A stretch of 64,000 nt of DNA from an uncultured Dehalococcoidia bacterium (GTDB taxonomy: Bacteria > Chloroflexota > Dehalococcoidia > Lucifugimonadales > UBA3495). Positions 19,464 through 31,190 of the stretch are shown here, piece by piece. The translations under genes and the position numbers were made by a program. A model generated the notes under the pieces. That model searched no databases and was not told where the DNA came from. It saw nothing but the letters and a program-made list of their open reading frames with translations. Positions within the stretch are counted from its first letter, which is position 1, and each line of letters opens with the position of its first letter. Location: assembly GCA_950072105.1 (NCBI GenBank), contig CATMOE010000001.1, positions 1 through 64,000 on the forward strand, in the 5' to 3' direction.

Positions 19464-20540
19464 CTAGGTTATCCTTCCCCCTGGCATGTTGACCCAGGCG
19501 CTCATTTCGTGGGGCTGGGTGGTGGCTTCCGCTTTGCAAATGTAGGACGGGGAGAGTTGGTCCATGGAGGTGACGCCCATCAAGCCCATGGCCACCCTGA
19601 TCTCCTCCTGCAGGATCTCCAACACCCGCACCAGTCCCGCTGTTCCATTGGCGGCTAGCCCCCAACCCTGCAATTTGCCGATGGACGCAGACTTGGCGCC
19701 CATGGCTACCGCTTTCAAAACGTCGCTGCCGCGCTGGACCCCGCCGTCAACGACGATCTCGGCCTTACCGCCGACCACGTCCACGATCTCCGGGAGCATC
19801 TCCATAGTTCCCAGCCCATGATCTAACTGGCGTCCGCCATGGTTCGATACCCAAATCACATCTACGCCATGCTCCACCGCCAACGCTGCATCCGAGGCGG
19901 TCGCGATACCCTTTAACATGAAGGGAAGACCGGCGTACTCCTTGATCCGATCGATGCTCTCCCAGGTAACCGAAGCCGCCCAGACCGGGTTTCGAGGGGT
20001 GCGTTGGGAGAAAGGGGTCCAACGGGTAAGCAACGGACGCTCCCGCCGGCTGTAATTCGCCGTATCCGTTGTGATACAGAGACCCTGGTAACCGGCGTTC
20101 TTCGCCCGGTCGATCATCTCCTTAGTCCAGTCCCAATCGCCATGGATATAAAGCTGGAATATCTTGGGGCTGTCCGTGACCGCCATCGTCTCCTCAAGCG
20201 AAGGCTCGGTAACCGAGCTAACGACATGGACTACCCCAAACTCCCCGGCAGCCTTGGCGGCGGCAGCCCCACCCTCCGGAATGAACACCTGCAACGAACC
20301 AACCGGAGCGAGCAGAACCGGGATCCGCATGTCATGGCCCATGAAAGTGGTAGACGTATCGGTCTTGGATACATCGACCAACACCCGTGGCCGAAAGGCG
20401 ATACGGTCGAAAGCCAACCGGTTCCGCCGCATAGTCGTCTCCGACTCAGAAGCTCCAACCAAATAATCCCACGGCCCCTGCCCCAACCGCTTGCGCGCTT
20501 CCCGCACGATCTCTTCATTAGTCACAAAATCGGTAGTCAA
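19464..20540 (-). CDS. FMN-dependent alpha-hydroxy acid oxidase/dehydrogenase
   Basis: FRPRVLVDV, LKGI, SNHGGRQLD, DGGVQRGSD. Confidence 0.93.
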   Translation of the reverse strand: MTTDFVTNEEIVREARKRLGQGPWDYLVGASESETTMRRNRLAFDRIAFRPRVLVDVSKTDTSTTFMGHDMRIPVLLAPVGSLQVFIPEGGAAAAKAAGEFGVVHVVSSVTEPSLEETMAVTDSPKIFQLYIHGDWDWTKEMIDRAKNAGYQGLCITTDTANYSRRERPLLTRWTPFSQRTPRNPVWAASVTWESIDRIKEYAGLPFMLKGIATASDAALAVEHGVDVIWVSNHGGRQLDHGLGTMEMLPEIVDVVGGKAEIVVDGGVQRGSDVLKAVAMGAKSASIGKLQGWGLAANGTAGLVRVLEILQEEIRVAMGLMGVTSMDQLSPSYICKAEATTQPHEMSAWVNMPGGRIT

Positions 20541-20622
20541 ATCACTTCTCCGTGTTTAAATTAACAGCCGAAATTCAAAGGCCGGAGCATGGCCCCGGCC
20601 CAGTGGATTAACCTACATTATA

Positions 20623-20674
20623 TTGGAAACCCGCGCTGAGGTCGAACGGGGTAGATGCTAATTAAGAGTCAGTT
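20623..20674 (-). repeat. Decayed duplicate of tRNA-Lys 3' part (att-like)
   Basis: 41/52 ungapped identity to 22141-22192, same orientation. Confidence 0.85.
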
Positions 20675-20717
20675 TTCGCAATGCCGCACACTTGTTCTAA
20701 TCAGGACTTCCGTGAGG

Positions 20718-21641
20718 TTATGGGTCTCTGTGCCGCTCCGCTAATTCTTTTTGATGCTCAGGGGAAAGCCCTTTCATCACTTCCTGCATCATGTCCGACA
20801 TAAGGCCGGGGATTAGTTCCATGAACTCTTCTTCAGCGGCGGCGATGCCCTGCTCTTGCAGAATCTCCGCCCACCGCGTGTATATCCATCGGCGGAACAA
20901 CTGGGTCTGCCCCCAGGGACCCTCCACGTAGCGCATGTATGTTCTGTATCCTCCAGAGTAGCGCTCATATTGTTCGGCCTTGCGTTTCCATGTATCAAGA
21001 TTGTTTTTGCTCACCCGCGGATAAACAAACGTTGCCAGATTCGTGTCAACCCCATAATAGTTAATAGTTGGGTGAATCTTCGTGACTGCATTGTAGACCG
21101 CACCGTCGATAGCAGCCTCAACATCGGATGATTGCGATTGGTCGATAGCAAGTTGAATCTCGCTAGTATAGGCTTGAACCAAACTATCCTTGACCGGTTC
21201 AAGTACCTGGGGAACATCAAGTAAAAGCAGGCGCCTGTGAAGGAAATACATGCCTTCGAATCGTCCAGGAGCCCCGTATCGACCAGCTTCCTCCAAGGTT
21301 GTTCCATCAAGCATAGTCCGATTCATGATGGGTCCAGCCCCTATCGGGCCAACGCGTTCCATCAAGGAAGCATAGAATTCCATCCCGTCGTTCCGTTCGG
21401 CCTCAATCGCCAGAGCCGCCCGTGTGAACTCAATGATCTCTTCCCGCTCAGAACCCAGCCCCACCTTGGCGGCCAACTTCTGAACCACCGACTCACTCTC
21501 AGGGTCAATGGGAACAGTCAAAGCGGCCGGGACGGACCGCGTAGTGGATCCAGGCACAGGCTGTGGCGACGAAGCTGGCGAAGTTGCACAGGCCACCAAA
21601 AATACCCCCAGCCACAGTCCCCGAAGCCCGACTACTTTCAT
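20718..21641 (-). CDS. Hypothetical lipoprotein
   Basis: MKVVGLRGLWLGVFLVA-C lipobox followed by a Pro/Ser linker; no family recognised. Confidence 0.75.
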   Translation of the reverse strand: MKVVGLRGLWLGVFLVACATSPASSPQPVPGSTTRSVPAALTVPIDPESESVVQKLAAKVGLGSEREEIIEFTRAALAIEAERNDGMEFYASLMERVGPIGAGPIMNRTMLDGTTLEEAGRYGAPGRFEGMYFLHRRLLLLDVPQVLEPVKDSLVQAYTSEIQLAIDQSQSSDVEAAIDGAVYNAVTKIHPTINYYGVDTNLATFVYPRVSKNNLDTWKRKAEQYERYSGGYRTYMRYVEGPWGQTQLFRRWIYTRWAEILQEQGIAAAEEEFMELIPGLMSDMMQEVMKGLSPEHQKELAERHRDP

Positions 21642-21735
21642 GCCCAGAACCCCTTGACATTTCGTAGGCTCAATTGCTAACTGAGAACATCCGTTCGCTT
21701 ACTGGCATACTACGCCGAGGGATGACATTTACGTC

Positions 21736-21936
21736 ATGAGTAAGCACACCTTTAATACCACCGAGGAACTGGACGACGACCTGGAAATACCCCCGGGCGA
21801 CATCACCGATTTCACCCCTGCTGACGCCCGAGTAATTGCTCCCCTGATCGAAGCCATCTTTCTGACTCGCCGACGGGAATCTCGCGCCAAAGAGCGGCTG
21901 CACGAACCTCTTCCTTCGACAGGGTCCTCTCCCTGA
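21736..21936 (+). CDS. Possible small hypothetical protein
   Basis: 66 aa with acidic N-terminus; overlaps competing ORF 21812-22027(-). Confidence 0.35.
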   Translation: MSKHTFNTTEELDDDLEIPPGDITDFTPADARVIAPLIEAIFLTRRRESRAKERLHEPLPSTGSSP

Positions 21937-22141
21937 TACCCGCCATCTCTTCTTGAGATAGGACGCCCGCCAGCAACCCTTGCTGCCGCTTTGTAAGAGG
22001 GAGGTACACCGTACCTTCGTCTACCATGTTCCGGCCCCCGTGCCTAAATGACCGATTTTGCTTAGAGTCAGTTGGCCTGCTACCATGTTTTTACCTGCCA
22101 ACTATTACATTCGTATAAAATTTGGGCACCAAATGGAATTT

Positions 22142-22217
<76 letters not shown>

Positions 22218-22263
22218 GTTCTGGGGCCTTGATTTGATAGACGGGCGTCTATCACGTAGCCAA

Positions 22264-22293
22264 AACCTATCAATAATCTATCCGCCGTGTCAA
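22264..22293 (-). promoter_or_regulatory. Promoter upstream of tRNA-Lys
   Basis: TTGACA-18 nt-TAGGTT. Confidence 0.5.
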
Positions 22294-22360
22294 CCGCCCA
22301 CCGATGATATCCCGGTCAGGGTGTTGGATCGCGAATATCTGCTCTTTCTATTATATACGC

Positions 22361-23092
22361 CTAAATGCCGAACTTGAGCCGCTCAATCAGATATTCCGGC
22401 AAATGGGCTTCTTGCATCTTGCTCTGGGTGCCCTCAATATCGTATTCCACACGGTGCCGCTCGATCGTCGCATCTTGGTCGTCATAGATAGCGTAACTGG
22501 ACCGAGGATCCCGGTCCCTGGGCTGTCCGGTGGATCCAGGGTTGATTATCCACCGCTGCTCGGTCAGGGGCAGCACGGCGTCTTCCGTGAATTCCACGAA
22601 CTGGGGTGTGCTTTCGTTTTCCAAACACAGAAACGGGAAATGAGAATGGCCCACCAGCAAGAATCGAGTGGCCAACAACTTTAGACTGGCTTCCGCCGCG
22701 TCGGCGTCCAGCAAGTACTCTTCCAAGGGATCCCTCAGGCTGCCGTGGACCATGGTGAATGGTTCGTGGTTGGCAACCAGGGGAAGTCCGGATAAGAAAT
22801 CTACCTCGCTCTGGGAAAGTTGGCTGGTGGTCCAATTGGCCGCGGCCTTGGCGGCGTAATTAAAGGCATCTACGCTCATCTTGCCCACGGACGCATAGTC
22901 GTGGTTGCCGGCCACGGCCACGAAAGAGTGGCTACGGACCAAGGTCAAGCAAGGGACTGGGTCCGGGCCGTAGCCCACCAAGTCTCCCAAGCACCATAGG
23001 ACATCAAAGCCGCCGCGGCTGCTCGCGTCGTCAATGACTGCCCTCAATGCCTCCAGATTGGCGTGAATGTCGGAAAGTATTAAAGCACGCAA
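22361..23092 (-). CDS. Metallophosphoesterase
   Basis: SDIHAN, LGDLVGYG, GNHD, GHSH, NPGSTGQPRD; TTG start after AAGGGAG. Confidence 0.92.
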   Translation of the reverse strand: MRALILSDIHANLEALRAVIDDASSRGGFDVLWCLGDLVGYGPDPVPCLTLVRSHSFVAVAGNHDYASVGKMSVDAFNYAAKAAANWTTSQLSQSEVDFLSGLPLVANHEPFTMVHGSLRDPLEEYLLDADAAEASLKLLATRFLLVGHSHFPFLCLENESTPQFVEFTEDAVLPLTEQRWIINPGSTGQPRDRDPRSSYAIYDDQDATIERHRVEYDIEGTQSKMQEAHLPEYLIERLKFGI

Positions 23093-23537
23093 ATGTGCAG
23101 CTCCCTTGGGCAAGTAACGGTGGGTAAGTAACCGTTCGATTATACAAGGGTTGCTGCCACAGGTGCCGGAGTATACGCATGGTAATTGAGCCAATTTACC
23201 TATCGGAGCTAGGGCCAACGATTTGAAGGTGATAATCCTTGACCGCCAAACCGCCGAGCTTCTCCCGGGCATTTTACTACCATTTGGCGTCATTTTATGA
23301 AACCAGTTGAGCGACGGCCGATCGGCCGCAAACTGACGTCAATCCGCCGGCTGCCCGGCCATTTCGCCGCTTACACTCGGGGCAAGTCGCGAAACATTAT
23401 TACGGAATCTGAAACTCTGATGGCGGAATACGCTTTGAACTGGGAGTTGCCAGGTGTATACTCCCGAAGTTAGCCCAATTGCTACCTGCCGTATCTGGCC
23501 ATCGGTATGAGAAATTAATGAAAGCAGGTTCTACAGC

Positions 23538-24797
23538 GTGGTTGAAACAACCGAAACCGTTCCTGCCCCTGCGCGACAAGAAGGGGGCCGGACCAGCGAC
23601 AAGACCATGGCGACTACCCTCATCGGTGCCCACGGTCTTGAGCACATCTATGCCCACAGCTTCCCAGTCCTAGTAACCGCGATCTACGAGTCTATGGCGC
23701 TGGATCCCATCCAAGCCGGCGTGATGTCGGCGGTCCGCCAACTTACCGGCGGACTCACCAGCGTGGGCAGCGGCTTCTTTGTGGATATCTTCCGGTATCG
23801 AAGCGGACAGGTGCTGGGGATAAGCATGGGCCTCATCGGCTTGGGCTATCTTATGGTGGCCCTATCGCCGACTTACACCATCCTTCTAGCCGCCTTGGTG
23901 GTGGCTTCGGCCGGAAGTGCTCTGTGGCACCCTCCGGCGTTGGGCCTGCTGGCCCGCCGCTTTCCCAGGCAGCGTGGACTTTACATCTCCCTTCACAGGT
24001 CAATGGGGAACGTGGGAGACTTGGCCGGACCGCTGATCGCCGGGGCTCTGCTGGGAGTCGTAAGTTGGCGCTGGATCATGGGGGGTGGGACGCCGGTGCT
24101 CCTACTCTTGGGCGTCATTGTGTTGATTCTGCTCTGGAACGTAGGCGGCCCCAAGCCGGGCCCTATTAACTTGGCAAGCAACCTTAAATCCCAAATGATT
24201 AGCCTGCGGGAGTCTTTTCGCGGAACCGGAATGTGGTCCATTTTCATCGTTTCCGCCGTCCGGGGAATGGGCGACCGTTCTTATATCTTCTTTCTTCCTT
24301 TTTATCTGCGCCAAGAATTGGGCATGGGATTCTTCATGGTCAGCGTCCATGTCTCGTTAGTGGCCGCCCCGGGGATCGTATCCGGTCCGGTCTTCGGCGC
24401 TTTGTCTGACCGCATCGGCCGCAAGTTGATAATCGCCTTCTTGATGCTCATTGCCGTGGTGCTTTCCATAACCACGATCATCGCCGGCGGCGGCTTGCTC
24501 ATGACTTTGTCGATTGGCTTATTCGGGTTGTTCCACTCGTCGGTGAACTCCCTGACCCAAGCGGCAGCCATAGACGTTGCCGAGGGGCGGGGATTGGACG
24601 CAACATTTATGGGACTGATGTGGGGCAGCAATGCCGCATTCAGCGCGGCGGCCGCCGGGGTTCTGGGAATACTGATCAACCGCTACAACGACGATTGGGG
24701 AATCGCGTTCTACAGCGCCGCGATCCTGTTTTTTGTGGGGTTCTTAGCAACTCTGGCTATGCCCAACAGCAAGTCAACTAACTCACAACCCACATAG
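23538..24797 (+). CDS. MFS transporter (Fsr-like)
   Basis: About 12 TM segments, GSALWHP, GALSDRIGRK. Confidence 0.88.
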   Translation: MVETTETVPAPARQEGGRTSDKTMATTLIGAHGLEHIYAHSFPVLVTAIYESMALDPIQAGVMSAVRQLTGGLTSVGSGFFVDIFRYRSGQVLGISMGLIGLGYLMVALSPTYTILLAALVVASAGSALWHPPALGLLARRFPRQRGLYISLHRSMGNVGDLAGPLIAGALLGVVSWRWIMGGGTPVLLLLGVIVLILLWNVGGPKPGPINLASNLKSQMISLRESFRGTGMWSIFIVSAVRGMGDRSYIFFLPFYLRQELGMGFFMVSVHVSLVAAPGIVSGPVFGALSDRIGRKLIIAFLMLIAVVLSITTIIAGGGLLMTLSIGLFGLFHSSVNSLTQAAAIDVAEGRGLDATFMGLMWGSNAAFSAAAAGVLGILINRYNDDWGIAFYSAAILFFVGFLATLAMPNSKSTNSQPT

Positions 24798-24859
24798 ATA
24801 AAGGTAGCCAGCCAACCGGCCGAAACTAGGAACTCGTGGCCTACTCGGAGAGATTTCCG

Positions 24860-25459
24860 TCAGCTGCCTTCTCCCAGGACACGCTGGTACTCTTCGGGGG
24901 TGTTCAAGTCCCAGAGCACTTCCGGGGCTTCCATTTCCACCCGGCGGGTGGCATCCAGATGGCGCTGCACCACAGCTTTTATACCGTACGTTTCCTCGTC
25001 TATCTCCCGCAATTCGTCCAACAGAGATCGGGAAAGAATTATCGGGTGCCCACCTTTCCCTTTATGGGTGGGGATGGTGATCAGGCTTCCCTGAGATTGA
25101 TGCTCTTTCAGCAGAGACCGGATAACGTCCGCGTTTCTGGGTTGGTCGACATTCAGTATCAGGAGGGCGTCGAGCTGCTCCGACCCCAATGTACTTAGGC
25201 CAGCTTTTATGGATGTTGTTTTGCCCTGTAAGTAATCCGGGTTGAGCTGCCAGGCAACCCCTTCGATTCCCGCCAATTCGGCCTTCAATTCATCGGAGCG
25301 ATGACCTAACACCACCACTACCCGGTCCACTCCGCCCGCCCGCAAAGAAGTAACCTGATGTTTCAACAAAGAAGTGCCCTGCCAAGGTAGCAGGGCTTTA
25401 AGTTGGCCCATCCGGCGGGACTCGCCGGCGGCCAGAAGTATCGCGATAACGGCTGCCAT
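24860..25459 (-). CDS. mocA: Molybdenum cofactor cytidylyltransferase-like NTP transferase
   Basis: LLAAGESRRMG, DQP, GHP, DLNTPEEY; immediately downstream of xdhC. Confidence 0.8.
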   Translation of the reverse strand: MAAVIAILLAAGESRRMGQLKALLPWQGTSLLKHQVTSLRAGGVDRVVVVLGHRSDELKAELAGIEGVAWQLNPDYLQGKTTSIKAGLSTLGSEQLDALLILNVDQPRNADVIRSLLKEHQSQGSLITIPTHKGKGGHPIILSRSLLDELREIDEETYGIKAVVQRHLDATRRVEMEAPEVLWDLNTPEEYQRVLGEGS

Positions 25460-25475
25460 ATCAGGGCCTTGGCCG

Positions 25476-26603
25476 TTAAACTTCCACCTTGCGTTCCACG
25501 ATGGACGCGGCGCGGTCAACGAACCAATCGTCCATCTGCAGGGTAGCGCCGGTGCCGCCCCGGCGGACCATAATAATCTCGGACATGATGCTGACGGCGA
25601 TCTCTTCCGGCGTTAGGGCCCCAATGTCCAATCCAATGGGAGCATGGACCTGCTTCAACCGCTCCGTCGAAACACCTTGACGCAACAGACGCTGGAAAAT
25701 CATCATGTTTTTCCGCCGGCTGCCCATCAACCCGATGTACCTTGCGCGGGTGGTCAGTGCCGACTCCAAGGCCATGTCATCATAGCGGTGGCCCCGTGTG
25801 GCGGCAATCACAAAGCTATTGACGTTAAGATCGATTTCGTTGGCCCATTGGTCGTAATTGGCCACAACGGTTTGCTCAGCATAGGGGAACCGTTCGGCGT
25901 TGGAAAACTCGGGCCGGTCGTCTACGATAAACACCCGATAACCCAGGGTGTTGGCCAGGTCGGCGGTGGCTTTGCCAACGTGGCCGCCTCCAATCATCAC
26001 CAGAGTTGGCGGAGTGGTGAATCCTTCAACGAAGACCTCAATGCCGTCATCGGTGATGAAAGACTCCACATTCCCAACATCAGCGACTTGCCGGGCTTTT
26101 TCGATCGCCCTGGCGTCTAGCACCGCGCTACCCAAGGAACCGGAGGTGGAGCCATCGCTGCGAAGCAACAACTTGGCGCCCAGACCGTCACTGCCTTTGG
26201 GAACGTTGACCACGGTCGCCAGGCCCACCGGTTCTCCACCTTCGTAAGCCTGCACCAGCTCGGTACCGAGGGGCACGAAATCCTCGGGTTGCCATATCGG
26301 CTCCAGGTAAAAGTACATTGTGCCGCCGCAAACCAGACCGTCGCGGGCGGCTATTTCCTCGTTCAAGAAATAGTCTTTAAACTCGGGTCCGCCGTGCAAA
26401 CGCAGCATCTCTTTCGCAGCGAACCAGATGTCCCCTTCAACGCAGCCGCCTCCCAAAGTTCCCACACCGGTGCCGTCTTCGCGCACCAAAAGCATGGCGC
26501 CGGGTTTTTGCGGGGTCGAGCCTTTAGTACGTACTACCGTCGCCAATACTCCCGGAGTACCATTTTCCAGGAGCTTAATGGCTTCCTTTATGACTTCCTT
26601 CAT
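25476..26603 (-). CDS. xdhC: XdhC/CoxI-family Mo-enzyme maturation factor
   Basis: GSTPQKPGA, GTLGGGCVE, CGG, YIGLMGSRRK, PIGLDIGA. Confidence 0.92.
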   Translation of the reverse strand: MKEVIKEAIKLLENGTPGVLATVVRTKGSTPQKPGAMLLVREDGTGVGTLGGGCVEGDIWFAAKEMLRLHGGPEFKDYFLNEEIAARDGLVCGGTMYFYLEPIWQPEDFVPLGTELVQAYEGGEPVGLATVVNVPKGSDGLGAKLLLRSDGSTSGSLGSAVLDARAIEKARQVADVGNVESFITDDGIEVFVEGFTTPPTLVMIGGGHVGKATADLANTLGYRVFIVDDRPEFSNAERFPYAEQTVVANYDQWANEIDLNVNSFVIAATRGHRYDDMALESALTTRARYIGLMGSRRKNMMIFQRLLRQGVSTERLKQVHAPIGLDIGALTPEEIAVSIMSEIIMVRRGGTGATLQMDDWFVDRAASIVERKVEV

Positions 26604-26838
26604 ATCGCACGTCACCTGTTCGGCGGATTGTTCTTCAAGCTTATCAAAATCGCACTACCGAGGCAATCAACTCCAGGCGTCGAAGCGATGTCGACATAGC
26701 GAACTTGGTTTGTCCGGCTCGTACTATTATATGCTCTCCACCAACATCTGTCGTTAACGTCAGATGTCCTTGCTGACGCAGATCTGACGCGCTTAAGACT
26801 ATGCCTGCGCCTTAGATTCAAGTACAATATTATGTAAT

Positions 26839-27549
26839 ATGTCGGTTATTGTCATCACTTCCGCCGGTCTTCGTAATGCCCGAAGGTACATTCAAGCTAT
26901 TGAACCCTTGGGCGCGGAAGTCCGGCTCGTGACTCCTGAAAAAAGCGGGTCGCTGCCAACAGAACATTTGATGGAAGGCGTTGGCGGCCTGATGTTGTGT
27001 GGAGGCCCGGACGTAGACCCTTCTTTCTACGGCGAATCCCCCGATCCCGAAGCTGGACTGCAGCTTTCCCTTCCTTTAGATGAGTTAGAATTCCGGCTGC
27101 TTGACCACGCGTTGGACCGGGACATGCCGGTATTAGCGATCTGCCGGGGCATGCAAGTGCTCAACGTGGCTTTCGGTGGCCGGTTGATTCAAGACCTGCC
27201 GGATCATCGGGCGGAATGGAACGGCGAGAGATGGGAATCCACCAGCCACAGTATTTGTATATCCCCCGGCGCCAAAGCGGCGGCAATCATTGGATCAGCC
27301 GGATTCTTTAAGGTCAACAGCATCCATCATCAAGGATTAAAAGAGGCCCAAAGGGCGCCGCGATTGATGACCACCGCCTACTCGGTGGAAGACGGTGTGA
27401 TTGAGGGATTGGAGAGCCCGGAGCATAGCTGGGTAATAGGACTTCAATGTCACCCGGAGCGCCAAGATGAAGTTCCTCGCTCCTTTAGCAACCTTTTCAT
27501 GGGTCTGAAAGAGCGAGCCCAATCGTTTGTTGAAGTTTCCCGCGTTTGA
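26839..27549 (+). CDS. Peptidase C26/gamma-glutamyl-GABA hydrolase family
   Basis: GGPDVDP, ICRGMQVLN, VNSIHHQG, QCHPE. Confidence 0.9.
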   Translation: MSVIVITSAGLRNARRYIQAIEPLGAEVRLVTPEKSGSLPTEHLMEGVGGLMLCGGPDVDPSFYGESPDPEAGLQLSLPLDELEFRLLDHALDRDMPVLAICRGMQVLNVAFGGRLIQDLPDHRAEWNGERWESTSHSICISPGAKAAAIIGSAGFFKVNSIHHQGLKEAQRAPRLMTTAYSVEDGVIEGLESPEHSWVIGLQCHPERQDEVPRSFSNLFMGLKERAQSFVEVSRV

Positions 27550-27655
27550 ATCTTGCCGGAGCGGATCGTACTCCGGAACCTATAAAGACAGGACGTATCT
27601 GGCGTCTGAAGATGCCATGATGGGAAGTGAAGGTTGGGTAGAGGAGGAATAGATA

Positions 27656-30175
27656 ATGGTTACTAGCACATCCACACCGCCAGAAAATATACGACCAGTG
27701 CACATCGAAGAGGAGATGCGCACGTCGTACCTCAACTATGCGATGAGCGTCATCGTCTCCCGGGCGTTGCCAGATGTTCGGGACGGGTTGAAACCAGTAC
27801 AGAGGCGGATCCTCTACGCCATGCACGAAATGGGCATCAGACCAAACTCACCCTACCGTAAATGCGCTCGTATCGCCGGGGAAGTATTGGGGAAGTTCCA
27901 CCCTCACGGAGAATCCTCCGTGTACGACTCCTTGGTACGCATGGCCCAGCCATTTTCCTTGCGCCACCCATTGATCAACGGACAAGGCAACTTTGGCAGC
28001 GTCGACGGCGACCCTCCGGCAGCGATGCGTTACACCGAAGCGCGGCTGACCAATATAGCCGAAGAATTGCTGGCCGACATCGATTACGACACGGTCGACT
28101 TCTCGTTGAATTTCGACGATTCCATCCAAGAGCCCCGGGTTTTGCCGGCCCGCATGCCCAATATGATGGTCAACGGAGCATCGGGTATCGCGGTTGGTAT
28201 GGCCACCAACATTCCTCCCCATAATCTGGGGGAGATTTGCGACGCCATTTGCTACCTCGTCGATCACCCCGACTGCGCCACCGACCGGTTGATGAATTTC
28301 GTCAAAGGCCCTGATTTCCCCACTGCCGGCAACATCCGCGGAAAAACCGGCATCTTCGACACCTACACCACCGGGCGCGGCCGTATCGTGATGGAGGCCA
28401 CCACGTCCATCGAGGAAGTACGGGGCGGCCGAGAGAGGATCATCGTTACCGAACTGCCCTACCAAGTGAATAAGTCTACTTTGGTCGAAAAGATCGCGAC
28501 CCTGGCTCGGGAACGTAAAGTTGAGGGTATCTCGGATGTCCGGGATGAGTCGGACCGGCAGGGTATGCGAATCGTGGTGGAGCTACGCCGCGACGCCCAA
28601 CCGGAGATCGTACTCAATAATCTCTTCAAACACACCTCACTGCGCCAATCTTTCAACAGCATCATGCTGGCCCTGGTAGACGGCCAACCCCAGGTCCTAC
28701 CGCTGAAGCGGACCCTAGACCTGTTCATTCAGCACCGGCAAGTGGTGATCCGGCGCCGGTCCGAGTTTTTGTTGAAGCGGGCTCAAGACCGGGACCACAT
28801 AGTGCAAGGCCTCCTGCTTGCTCTGGACAGAGTGGACGAGGTGGTGGCCATAATTCGGGCGTCTGCCGATGTTGAATCTGCCCGCAACAACTTAATGGAA
28901 CAACTGCAGCTAACCCAGGTCCAAGCACAAGCGATCCTGGATATGCAGCTAAGGCGTTTGGCCGCCCTGGAGCGGGAACGTCTCGAAAAAGAACACGAAG
29001 AACTGATGAAGACCATCGAGGATCTAGAAGTTCTTTTGGCCAATCCTGAAAAGATTCTGTCATTGATAAAAACCGAGACCCGCAAACTAAAAAAGGACTT
29101 TAGCAATCCCCGCCGCACCGTCATACATGAAGAGGAAGTGCAGGACCAAACGGCGGAGCAATTCGTAACGCATCAAGACGTAGTGATTACCCTTAGCCAG
29201 CGTGGCTACATCAAGCGGATACCCGCTGAAACCTATCGCACCCAGCACCGGGGCGGCAAAGGTGTTAGGGGCATGACCACCAGGGATGACGACACCTTGC
29301 TGGACTTGGTGGTGGTCGACACTCACGACACGTTGTTCTTCTTCACCAATCGAGGGCGGGTATATCCCAAGCGAGCCTTCGAAATCATAGGCGACACCTC
29401 CCGCACAACGCGCGGTGTCCCTTTAACCGCCCTACTTCCTGCCTTGGCTCGAGGCGAGCAGATCCAGGCCATGCTGGCGATAGAGAACCCCAAAGAGGAT
29501 TACCTGCTGGTCTTGGCCACCCGGATGGGTGAGGTCAAAGCCCTAAAGACCGGCCAGCTCTCCAACATCAGGCCCAGTGGATTGATCGTGATGGACTTGG
29601 AACAAGGTGATGAACTCGTGGCCGTGGGACAGGTAGGAGAGGCCAAGGACATCATCGTGGTGTCGGAAAAAGGTCAGGCCATCAAGTTCCCGGTCGAGAA
29701 ACTTACACCCCGCTCCAGAGCGGCGGGAGGGGTCCGCGGGATGCGGCTCCTTGACGGCGACAAACTCGTGGCCATGTCTCCCATTCTACCCAATACTCAC
29801 CTATTGATTGTTAGTTCAAGAGGCTATGGCAAGTCCACGCCATTGTCCAGCTACCCGCGCCATTCCCGGGGCGGCCTAGGGGTCCGCACCTTCCGGGTAA
29901 ATGAAAAGACCGGTTTGGTGGCCGCGGCCAGAGTGGTGCCCGATACTCCGGGACAGGAGATATTCATCATATCGGCCAAAGCCCAAGTGGTACGTATCAC
30001 CCTGGAAGACGTAAGGGTCACCGGTAGGAACACCTCAGGCGTGATTGTCTGGCGAGACCGGGAACCCGATGACTACGTGGCTTCCATCGCTTGCTTCCAA
30101 GAAGGACTCTACAAGAATTCTTCGGCGTCAACGAACGGACACCGTGGAACCAACGGCACCGCAGAAGAGACATAA
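27656..30175 (+). CDS. gyrA: DNA gyrase subunit A
   Basis: [27 protein letters not shown], GyrA box QHRGGKG. Confidence 0.97.
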   Translation: MVTSTSTPPENIRPVHIEEEMRTSYLNYAMSVIVSRALPDVRDGLKPVQRRILYAMHEMGIRPNSPYRKCARIAGEVLGKFHPHGESSVYDSLVRMAQPFSLRHPLINGQGNFGSVDGDPPAAMRYTEARLTNIAEELLADIDYDTVDFSLNFDDSIQEPRVLPARMPNMMVNGASGIAVGMATNIPPHNLGEICDAICYLVDHPDCATDRLMNFVKGPDFPTAGNIRGKTGIFDTYTTGRGRIVMEATTSIEEVRGGRERIIVTELPYQVNKSTLVEKIATLARERKVEGISDVRDESDRQGMRIVVELRRDAQPEIVLNNLFKHTSLRQSFNSIMLALVDGQPQVLPLKRTLDLFIQHRQVVIRRRSEFLLKRAQDRDHIVQGLLLALDRVDEVVAIIRASADVESARNNLMEQLQLTQVQAQAILDMQLRRLAALERERLEKEHEELMKTIEDLEVLLANPEKILSLIKTETRKLKKDFSNPRRTVIHEEEVQDQTAEQFVTHQDVVITLSQRGYIKRIPAETYRTQHRGGKGVRGMTTRDDDTLLDLVVVDTHDTLFFFTNRGRVYPKRAFEIIGDTSRTTRGVPLTALLPALARGEQIQAMLAIENPKEDYLLVLATRMGEVKALKTGQLSNIRPSGLIVMDLEQGDELVAVGQVGEAKDIIVVSEKGQAIKFPVEKLTPRSRAAGGVRGMRLLDGDKLVAMSPILPNTHLLIVSSRGYGKSTPLSSYPRHSRGGLGVRTFRVNEKTGLVAAARVVPDTPGQEIFIISAKAQVVRITLEDVRVTGRNTSGVIVWRDREPDDYVASIACFQEGLYKNSSASTNGHRGTNGTAEET

Positions 30176-30466
30176 GACAACAGCTCAAAAGGCGAACAAT
30201 GTGACTCTAAATCGCGTCCTGGCACCATCAGCCAGGAACCTGGCCCGCAACCCTTTCTCGATGCATCTACGGCTACGGAAAAATCTTGCCGGAATCGCAA
30301 GCAGGATTTTTGCGCCCAACGCATACCGCATCGCCACTCCCGAATCTCAATTTGATAGCCACATAAACTTGATTGCATTCGGGTGACTAATTAGAATAGA
30401 CCTTAGGATAACTACGCCGAAAAGCCATTAATATCACTGGTACAATGATATGTATCGTTTTAGGAG

Positions 30467-31162
30467 TTGATTATGAAACTGGTATTCGTCCACGGAGCAG
30501 GCGGTTCGAGTCTATCTTTTTATTACCAACTGAGGCATTTCCGCAATTCGAAAGCCATCGATCTCCCGGGTCACCCTACTGGCAAACCTTGCGTATCCAT
30601 TGAAGGCTATCTGGAATGGGTGCGTGGCTTCACTACGGCGCGGCGCTACAAGGACGTAGTATTGTGCGGCCATTCAATGGGAGGGGCCATCGCCCAACTT
30701 TACGCTTTACGTTATCCAGACGAATTGAGGGGTATCATCCTCATAGGCACCGGAGCCCGGCTCCGGGTTAATGACGATTACCTGAACCGGTGTGCTTCCC
30801 CGGGCGAGGACAACGCGGTCTGGATGGATGGCCAGCGAGATTATTATCAAGGCGTGGAATCGGACATATACCAGGTGCTGATGCGGAGGTCAACCGAAGT
30901 TGGACCGGCGGTAGACTTAAACGACTTGCAAGCTTGTGACAAATTCGACGTGATGGACGAGATTCAAAACATCGGCCTACCCACCCAGGTGATGTGCGGC
31001 AGCGAAGACATCATGACGCCCGTAAAGTATACGGAATACTTGGGTAGCAAGATAAAGGACGCCAGGGTACAGGTCATTGCTGGCGGCAGCCACTACGTGC
31101 AGCTTGAGCAGTACCAAAAAGTTAACGAACAGATCGAGCGGTTCCTCGCCTCACTGAAATAG
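30467..31162 (+). CDS. Alpha/beta hydrolase
   Basis: HGAGG, DLPGH, GHSMGG, GSED, GSH. Confidence 0.9.
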   Translation: MIMKLVFVHGAGGSSLSFYYQLRHFRNSKAIDLPGHPTGKPCVSIEGYLEWVRGFTTARRYKDVVLCGHSMGGAIAQLYALRYPDELRGIILIGTGARLRVNDDYLNRCASPGEDNAVWMDGQRDYYQGVESDIYQVLMRRSTEVGPAVDLNDLQACDKFDVMDEIQNIGLPTQVMCGSEDIMTPVKYTEYLGSKIKDARVQVIAGGSHYVQLEQYQKVNEQIERFLASLK

Positions 31163-31190
31163 AGTCAGTTCCGGCGAATGCGAATTTTAG

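Noticed and set aside
27880..27940. gyrA quinolone-resistance allele
   Set aside because: [10 protein letters not shown] keeps Ser and Asp at the E. coli 83 and 87 equivalents.
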